The position numbers and the translations under genes were made by a program. A stretch of DNA of 30,934 nt from a virus. Taxonomy: Duplodnaviria > Caudoviricetes. The notes under the pieces were generated by a model, which was given only the letters and a program-made list of their open reading frames with translations, searched no databases and had not been told where the DNA came from. Below, one piece after another: positions 24,865 to 30,934 of the stretch. Position 1 is the first letter of the stretch. Each line of letters opens with the position of its first letter. Where the stretch lies: IMG/VR virus record IMGVR_UViG_3300011339_000292, positions 1 through 30,934 of that record. One strand, 5' to 3'.

Positions 24865-27017
24865 TGCTGCATCTCCTGCATAGGTTCTTGTGATTCTTGT
24901 GGCATTTCAGCGCCCACATCCACATCCCGGCCAGGCATCTCGCCCACAAGGTCACCGCTGGTGATCATCGAGTGAATGGTGCCCAAAACTATTTCTTGAA
25001 TTTGATCAGGCGTCATGCCGGCCATTGTGGCGCTGATCCGCTTGGTCTCAGCATCGTAAGCCTTGACCTGGCTATCAAACTGCTTGACCTGCAAGTCTTG
25101 CGCTTCCATCGACTTCGACACGTTCTGGAGCATCTGGTGCATCTGCTCCATCTCCTGACCCATCGCTTGCATCTGCTGCTGCGCGGCCTGGAGTGCCGGA
25201 TCGTCTTCATCAGCCAGCAATTTCGGGTCAATGGTCTTGGCAAACCGTTTGCTCATTTCTTGAGCGCCTGGCCAGTCCATGTTCTTAATAAACAGATCAC
25301 CCGCCACCGCCCATAGTTGCGGGTTGCCCTGCAAAAGTTGGCTCATGGCGTCCAGCGACTCCTGACGCTTGGTCATGTAGCTCGGACCAGTCGTCACGCA
25401 CACGTCGTACTGACCAACCCCGGGGTTGTAAATCTTCTTGATCACAATGCCTGTTTGATCCACGATCTTGCGCACCGGCTGCGGCTGATTTGGGTCGATC
25501 ATCGCCGAATCTGTCTCCCCATCGATGCCGATGATGCGGGCAATGCGCTGGGTGTCGTAGATTTTCGGGATCAGGTCCACAATCTGCCGAGTGGTGTGCC
25601 TAACCGCCCGCGCCAGGTTGTCAACGTAGTGGTAGGTGCCTGTGTCGCCCTGTTTTTCACGCGCCAATATCGCTCGGCCAGAGCGTTCGTTGCTTGTGGC
25701 GCCCAAACTAGAGTCATATTGGCCGGTAGTGCTCTTGATGTCATCAGACGCCCCCGCCTTGGCCTGTAGAAGCCCGCTGGAGGCCATAGGAGGCTGTGAT
25801 CGCTGGGGTAGTGGCAGGATGCTTCCCTGGCCGTCTGTAACGTCCGGGTTGACCTCCAAATACGGCCAGTTGGTCGTGTTTGCGGTCTTCCACTGGTTCT
25901 CGTAGCCTTCAAACTGACCGCCGTACCCGATAAACGGGGCTTTTGGCGCCAGTGCAAGCATCTCGGCCTCTTGGCTGACCCAGTAGTTGTACATCCGCTG
26001 GGCATCTTTGGCGTTGCGCACCAGCCCAGAGACGTACAAGCGCCCATCAACCTCAAATTCGTTGCCGACAACACGGATGACGGGTATCCACTTGCCCGCC
26101 CAGTCGTGTTCTTCCATGAACTCGACACCGTTTGTCTTGCACCATTTGATCTTTTTCTGGTCGACAATGCGCGTTTTGATGGGCTTCATGCCCATTTGAC
26201 GCATTTGCTTGTCTTCTGGCGAGTTTTCCATCGCCGACACGTTGCCGTGGTACAAGTTCAGCGTGCCAGGCTTGTGTTCGACGTAAAAATAGTCCGCAAT
26301 TCGGATTGTTTCTTCGCTAATCCACGGACTCAGGCTCTGATCGCCCACTCCACGCTGCATCAGCGTTGAAACAGGCGATGCATCCGGAAACTGACGCTCA
26401 TATTCGTCGGTTGTCAAGTCCTGAGTGACAAAACACCACTCTGCATCCGACCCGCAAGGGTCTTGGATGGTTGGGTCCATGTACACGCTGAACGAATTGC
26501 GCACCCGAGCGATGCGGATGTCTTGCTCAAAGCTGTTGTCGTTGCAGTACTCGGTCAAGAGCCGGATGTAGCCCTCGCCGTAAGTCACCTGGTTCTCGCA
26601 AGCAGTGTCGTAGGCTACGTCAGCGTCCGAGATGTACTCGATGTGCCGCACGATGCCGTCAAATATCTCAGCAACTTCGATGTCCGCTTTGTCGTCCGCA
26701 GGAATGACCTTGCCGCTGGGCCGGTTTTGCCGTTGGTCGTTGGTGACCTGCTTGACGTGCTGGGGCAGCTTGTTGATCGTCAGGCATGGCCTGGCGTTGA
26801 TCGTCTGCCCTTGGACGCTGCCTCGCGTCGCCAACACATCTGCTGGCCACTGCCACTGGTTGTCGGGACTGCCTGCGGCAAAACGCAGGTCGTCTAGCTC
26901 ATCTTCGCGGGACTCGCTGTAGGCCGACACAGCCATCGTAAAGCGGCTACGCATGGTGTTCAAATCGTCGGCGTCCCCGCCGGCGACTGACTTAGCCGCT
27001 TTGATGTCAGAGTTCAT
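24861..27017 (-). CDS. portal protein (P22-like)
   Basis: DDLRFA.G..QW, RPCLTINKL, GLVRNAKDAQR.YNY, SGRAI.AR, YDV.V.TGPSY.TKRQE; Gln-rich C-terminal barrel. Confidence 0.93.
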   Translation of the reverse strand: MNSDIKAAKSVAGGDADDLNTMRSRFTMAVSAYSESREDELDDLRFAAGSPDNQWQWPADVLATRGSVQGQTINARPCLTINKLPQHVKQVTNDQRQNRPSGKVIPADDKADIEVAEIFDGIVRHIEYISDADVAYDTACENQVTYGEGYIRLLTEYCNDNSFEQDIRIARVRNSFSVYMDPTIQDPCGSDAEWCFVTQDLTTDEYERQFPDASPVSTLMQRGVGDQSLSPWISEETIRIADYFYVEHKPGTLNLYHGNVSAMENSPEDKQMRQMGMKPIKTRIVDQKKIKWCKTNGVEFMEEHDWAGKWIPVIRVVGNEFEVDGRLYVSGLVRNAKDAQRMYNYWVSQEAEMLALAPKAPFIGYGGQFEGYENQWKTANTTNWPYLEVNPDVTDGQGSILPLPQRSQPPMASSGLLQAKAGASDDIKSTTGQYDSSLGATSNERSGRAILAREKQGDTGTYHYVDNLARAVRHTTRQIVDLIPKIYDTQRIARIIGIDGETDSAMIDPNQPQPVRKIVDQTGIVIKKIYNPGVGQYDVCVTTGPSYMTKRQESLDAMSQLLQGNPQLWAVAGDLFIKNMDWPGAQEMSKRFAKTIDPKLLADEDDPALQAAQQQMQAMGQEMEQMHQMLQNVSKSMEAQDLQVKQFDSQVKAYDAETKRISATMAGMTPDQIQEIVLGTIHSMITSGDLVGEMPGRDVDVGAEMPQESQEPMQEMQQ

Positions 27018-27136
27018 TTCTTCTTGGCGGCGGCGCGCTGGGTGGAATACGCAATCGCAACTGCTTGCTTGACCGGCTTGCCGGCCTTGACTTCAGTCTT
27101 GATGTTCTCTTTGAGCGTAGCGGATTTTTTCAGCAT
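27014..27136 (-). CDS. small basic protein (40 aa, not in ORF track)
   Basis: MLKKSATLKENIKTEVKAGKPVKQAVAIAYSTQRAAAKKK; coupled to both terL and portal; QAVAIA motif. Confidence 0.75.
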   Translation of the reverse strand: MLKKSATLKENIKTEVKAGKPVKQAVAIAYSTQRAAAKKK

Positions 27137-28659
27137 CACGATCCCATCCAGCTAGTTAGGACGCCTTGCGGCGCGTAAGATTTGCGCGGCGACTTGTCCA
27201 CATACTCCCGATGCGCCACCGGGAACGCAAACGTCACCGCCAGTGCGTCGGCAGCGTCAGGACTGGCAAGACCTCTTGAGCGCATTTCCTTCTTGCCTTC
27301 TAAGAAGATTGTACCGCTAGAGTTAGGCTTCTTGGTTGGCCCCACCAGGTCCGCTTTGAGTTGCCGATCTTCAGGTATGGATGCGCTTCGCAGCCAGTCC
27401 TTCATCGTGCCCCACATCTCAGCCCGTTTGTTGCCCCACATTACCGAGTTCTTGGCCTTCCAGCCAAAGTTCACCCCGCGTACCTTATACCGCTGTTCAT
27501 TCAGTCTGTCAAGTATACCATAGCCCAATCCACCCTCGTCAATCACCGTCAGCGTGGGTTTGTACTCTTCAATAGCGTCAATCACCCGCCCAACGATGGT
27601 CATGGTGTCTTCGCCCGAGTACCGTTTGATGCTCACGATGTCCCGGCCCTGGCGCACCAGTATGACCGTCGAGTCAGCGCCGCCCCGTGCCGGGTCGATA
27701 CCTATGATCACTGGCGCCGAACTGTCCTTGTACCGTGGCCGCTTCATCGCCTCGTCCACCACCGTCGGGCTGATGAACTGATCCTCGCCTGCGCTGGGGA
27801 ACTCCCCGTACACCTCGACCTTGGCCTGCGGCGAGTCCTCGCCATACTCCGCAATGATCTGATCGTAGACCGCTTTGTCGGTATCTTCGACCGTCCTAGC
27901 GTCCACGCTGCGGGCATTCCAGAATGCTCTCTTGGCGTTGAAGCACTCAAAGAAGTACCCTTCGTTGCGTCGTGGGTTGCTGAAAGCAAACCAATACCTG
28001 TCGGGCGTGTTCTCAGTGAAGAAGCCTGCCCCCACTTCCCAGATCGGGTTTGGTATGCCGCTGCTCTCATCGAAGATCAGCATCATCCCGTCCTGGTTGT
28101 GGACGCCCGCGTAGCTGTCAGGGTTCTCGGCTGACCACAGCTTGCCCTCTGCGGCCCAGTAGCGCGTACCTTTCTTCAAGTCACGCTCGACCAGTTCTGT
28201 GATCCACTTCGCTGGCACCAGTTTGGTGGCGCTCACCTCCCACCAGTGGGAATTCATCGCCATCGCCGCCCACTTGGTCAGCTCTGCCCAGGTCACCGAC
28301 CGCAACTGATTTTCAGAGTTGGCGCTGACCACCACGCTCCCGCCGATGCGCGTGGTAAGCATCCACAGCACCAGCCAAGATACTAGGGCGCTTTTGCCAA
28401 TACCCCGGCCTGATGAGACCGCTTCCCGTAGGGTGTCCATCTGGACCTTCCCCTTGTTCCGCTGGATGTGCGCCTTGATGTCGTTGAGCACCTCGCGTTG
28501 CCATTTGCGCGGGCCTTTGAAGTTGGCTAATGGGGTGTTCTTCTGCCCCCAAGGAAACACGAAGCGCACAAACGCTTCGGGGTCATCCGCAAGCGCGGGT
28601 GACCACAACTCGACCATGAGCCGTTGTTCACCCTCTGAGCTGTATATTGGGAGTTGCAT
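27136..28659 (-). CDS. terL: terminase large subunit
   Basis: Walker A SGRGIGKS, Walker B LIFDE, FSNP coupling motif, RNase H-like GIDPARGG.D and SPDAADAL. Confidence 0.95.
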   Translation of the reverse strand: MQLPIYSSEGEQRLMVELWSPALADDPEAFVRFVFPWGQKNTPLANFKGPRKWQREVLNDIKAHIQRNKGKVQMDTLREAVSSGRGIGKSALVSWLVLWMLTTRIGGSVVVSANSENQLRSVTWAELTKWAAMAMNSHWWEVSATKLVPAKWITELVERDLKKGTRYWAAEGKLWSAENPDSYAGVHNQDGMMLIFDESSGIPNPIWEVGAGFFTENTPDRYWFAFSNPRRNEGYFFECFNAKRAFWNARSVDARTVEDTDKAVYDQIIAEYGEDSPQAKVEVYGEFPSAGEDQFISPTVVDEAMKRPRYKDSSAPVIIGIDPARGGADSTVILVRQGRDIVSIKRYSGEDTMTIVGRVIDAIEEYKPTLTVIDEGGLGYGILDRLNEQRYKVRGVNFGWKAKNSVMWGNKRAEMWGTMKDWLRSASIPEDRQLKADLVGPTKKPNSSGTIFLEGKKEMRSRGLASPDAADALAVTFAFPVAHREYVDKSPRKSYAPQGVLTSWMGS

Positions 28660-29041
28660 CTTCGACGTAGGTTAGGCGAGCACGGGCTTCTTCAAGCGCG
28701 GTGATGACGCTGATCTTCTGATAGACATCGACGCTGATCTCTTGCTTGGCAGTCCAACCGTGGACGTGCTGAAGGATCGCTAGGCTGGCTTTGGCGTCGC
28801 CGTTCATCGACGCCTCGGACAGTTTTCCTGCATGCGCCATCTCAGCGTCGGCTTTGCCTTTTTGCGCCGCCATCTCGGCGATGGGGTCTAGCTGACACAG
28901 CCGCCTGTATTCAACTGGCAGCATGCCGGAGGCCAGAGCCAAACTGTCGCCTTTTAGGCCCAAGCGCGCTGCATCGTAAATCTGTTGCAGTCGCGCCTCA
29001 GTCGCCCTGATCTCCCTAATTTCTAACGGTAGGGATTTCAT
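28628..29041 (-). CDS. terS: terminase small subunit (putative)
   Basis: Directly upstream of and overlapping terL; HTH-like N-terminal half; G.A.A...GD.KA...IL...HGW. Confidence 0.75.
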   Translation of the reverse strand: MKSLPLEIREIRATEARLQQIYDAARLGLKGDSLALASGMLPVEYRRLCQLDPIAEMAAQKGKADAEMAHAGKLSEASMNGDAKASLAILQHVHGWTAKQEISVDVYQKISVITALEEARARLTYVEDATPNIQLRG

Positions 29042-29048
29042 GCGCGGG

Positions 29049-29057
29049 AGTGTATCA
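29049..29057 (-). promoter_or_regulatory. extended -10 element for terS (possibly leaderless)
   Basis: TG-A-TACACT ends 7 nt upstream of the ATG; no SD sequence. Confidence 0.4.
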
Positions 29058-29150
29058 GGTTTGTGTTACATGGTTTGTAGTATGAAAAAAATTGTTCGCG
29101 GACCCTTCGCCAGCGTGACCGGCCGGCGGCGGGCCCTACCCCCCCCTTCC

Positions 29151-29237
29151 TTGACTAGGCAACCATTGCCCAGGCAACCATTGCCTAAGCAGCCATTGAC
29201 TAGACAACCATTGACTAGGCAACCATTGACTAGGCAA
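29151..29237. repeat. six tandem 15-bp repeats, consensus TTGACTAGGCAACCA
   Basis: Units start at 29151, 29166, 29181, 29196, 29211 and 29226 (last one partial). Confidence 0.95.
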
Positions 29238-29275
29238 GTATGCTGCACTGCAACATGGCGCCAGAGCTGCGGCCT

Positions 29276-29514
29276 GTGGGTCGTGTGGGCTACGCCCACC
29301 AGGTTGCATACCCAATGATCGTGGGTCATGTGGGTCATGTGCCCGCAGGGGCTTGTGTGGGTCATGTGGGCTACGCCCACACGAGTCCAGATCAATACAG
29401 CTGGCTGCAACCCTTCGGCGTGGGGTTTTGGCGTGGGCGATTGTGTGGGCGCTCTTGGGTCCTTCGCGTGGGTCATGCGTTTACGGCGTGGTGGGTCATG
29501 TGGGCTACGCCCAC
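29276..29514. repeat. dispersed 24-bp repeats GTGGGTCATGTGGGCTACGCCCAC plus partial copies
   Basis: Full copies at 29276 (one mismatch), 29357 and 29491; partial copies at 29321 and 29468. Confidence 0.92.
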
Positions 29515-29618
29515 GCGGCATGCCCCCTATACGATACGTATAGTTGCATATACAAGCAATTTTGATTAGGTTTAGACAAGTGATGACCCACATAGCCCAC
29601 CACGAGGGAAAACGGCCT

Positions 29619-29662
29619 GCCCACACCATCGCCCACGCCCTCGCCCACGCCATCGCCCACGC
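29619..29662. repeat. tandem 12-bp repeats, consensus GCCCACGCCATC (about 3.7 units)
   Basis: gcccacaccatc gcccacgccctc gcccacgccatc gcccacgc. Confidence 0.9.
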
Positions 29663-29696
29663 TACCAGGGCGCATACCCTGTCAGCAGTAGGGGCA

Positions 29697-29726
29697 TAGA
29701 CAGCACACTACAAACCCTGTTACAGT
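29697..29726 (+). promoter_or_regulatory. sigma70-like rightward promoter
   Basis: TAGACA-18nt-TACAGT with extended TGn. Confidence 0.5.
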
Positions 29727-29775
29727 CCCTACATGTCGCCGCGAACCCGCAGCGACGCAACCAAGGCGCAACACC

Positions 29776-29853
29776 ATGACCCCCGACATCATTTGGAGCC
29801 TGATCCTGATCGGCGCCGCTGCGCTGACCGTAGCCGGCCTGACCATCGGCTGA
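29776..29853 (+). CDS. 25-aa membrane peptide (not in ORF track)
   Basis: MTPDIIWSLILIGAAALTVAGLTIG; weak AAGG RBS; followed by hairpin GAAGCGGCC-TT-GGCCGCTTC. Confidence 0.5.
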   Translation: MTPDIIWSLILIGAAALTVAGLTIG

Positions 29854-29902
29854 CATCAATCCGAAGCGGCCTTGGCCGCTTCACTAGTGGAATAAACAAA
29901 AA

Positions 29903-30658
29903 ATGCGCAACCCCTACAGATCGCATCTTGCAGCTCTTGGCCTAATCTATCGGCCGATTCTTGGCACCGCGTCAGCGAAGACCGTCAAGGGCCAGAAAAT
30001 CGGCATGCTGACGGGCATCATCTACCTCGTGCCTGATGCGACGATATGCGCAATGGCGAAGCTCGCGGGGTGCATGATTCCGTGTCTGGCAACTGCTGGA
30101 CGCGGCGCCTTCCGCACGATACAGAAACAGCGGCAGGCCAAAACCGATTGTTTTAAAACCGATCAGCGCGCCTTTATGCTCTCGTTTGCTGCCGATGTTT
30201 GGACGCTGGCACGCTCTGCAGCCAAACGCAAGATGACGCCTCTTGTCCGACCCAATGGCACCAGTGACATCCTGTGGGAAAACATAGAAGTTTGTGATGG
30301 CCTGAACATATTTCAATGCTTCCCGGATGTTCAATTCTACGACTACACCAAGCATCCATCCCGCAAGTTAGAAGGGAAAACTTGCGGGAATTACGATCTG
30401 ACCTACAGTTTTTCAGGCATTACCCCTATCGCGATCACGCACAAAGGATTGCTCAACCCTGACAATTCTAGGGTTGCCGTGGTCTTCCACAAGCGAAGCG
30501 AGATTCCGACAAACTTCCGTGGGTGGCCCGTCGTCGATGGGGACAACACCGATGTTCGGCACATCGAACCAAAAACCGTTGTTGTTGCCCTCTATTCGAA
30601 GGGCAAAGCAAAGCGCGATTTCAGCGGGTTCGTCCAGCACGCTGGCGTTAACTATTGA
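29903..30658 (+). CDS. GP88-like protein (Cys cluster, possible Fe-S)
   Basis: C-x7-C-x3-C...GRG, RPNGTSDI.W, QFYDYTK, NYDLTYS, VAVVF and DGD.TD.R motifs. Confidence 0.75.
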   Translation: MRNPYRSHLAALGLIYRPILGTASAKTVKGQKIGMLTGIIYLVPDATICAMAKLAGCMIPCLATAGRGAFRTIQKQRQAKTDCFKTDQRAFMLSFAADVWTLARSAAKRKMTPLVRPNGTSDILWENIEVCDGLNIFQCFPDVQFYDYTKHPSRKLEGKTCGNYDLTYSFSGITPIAITHKGLLNPDNSRVAVVFHKRSEIPTNFRGWPVVDGDNTDVRHIEPKTVVVALYSKGKAKRDFSGFVQHAGVNY

Positions 30659-30717
30659 TTTTCAGGGCATGCGCTAGCGGCGCATGCCCGGGCAATCCGT
30701 CCGATTAGGGGTCAACC

Positions 30718-30903
30718 ATGAGCCATAAAAGAATCGACAAAGCCGCCGCAGCCCTCGCACGCATCGGGTTTTCGGAAACCACCATCGCATCCTGGCGCAA
30801 GTGGGTGGCCGACGGCTGCGGCTACAGCCATGCCAGCGGCAAGCGAGACTTGCGCAAATGGGCGCACTACACGCGCCGCGTCTACAGCCTCAGGGGGTTT
30901 TGA
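30718..30903 (+). CDS. hypothetical basic protein
   Basis: AGGGG RBS; preceded by hairpin GGGCATGCGC-n5-GCGCATGCCC. Confidence 0.55.
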   Translation: MSHKRIDKAAAALARIGFSETTIASWRKWVADGCGYSHASGKRDLRKWAHYTRRVYSLRGF

Positions 30904-30934
30904 TTAGCGATGCATTGTTCGCCGTCGCGCCCGG

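Noticed and set aside
29276-29514. 24-bp hairpin-containing repeats as a mini CRISPR array
   Set aside because: Spacers are very unequal (57 and 110 bp) and contain partial repeat copies; no cas genes in the window
29040-29653. ORFs of 70-195 aa across the repeat region
   Set aside because: They simply translate DNA repeats in several frames, with no RBS or protein-like composition
1-30934. Integrase, att sites, tRNAs, alternative genetic code
   Set aside because: None seen; genes read normally with all three stop codons, and lifestyle cannot be determined from this window

Overview
Fragment of a dsDNA tailed phage genome with podovirus-type, P22-like morphogenesis genes, probably infecting a proteobacterium (host is inference). 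The + strand from 1 to 5901 carries VRR-NUC, an SNF2 helicase, small ORFs, an endolysin and holin, an array of short paralogous cassettes, DUF3310 and an RNA polymerase alpha-CTD-like gene. The - strand from 29041 to 5820 is a complete virion operon: terS, terL, portal, ferritin-like protein, LamG/SPRY proteins, scaffold, major capsid, gp4/gp10-like proteins, tailspike, fibre and ejection proteins. The major capsid gene is split after codon 17 by a 756-nt group I intron (20951-20196) with a readable P1-P9 fold and an HNH endonuclease ORF. Between terS and the divergent right-hand genes lies a ~730-bp repeat-rich non-coding region with origin/operator-like architecture. All family calls come from motif recognition by eye, not database searches.
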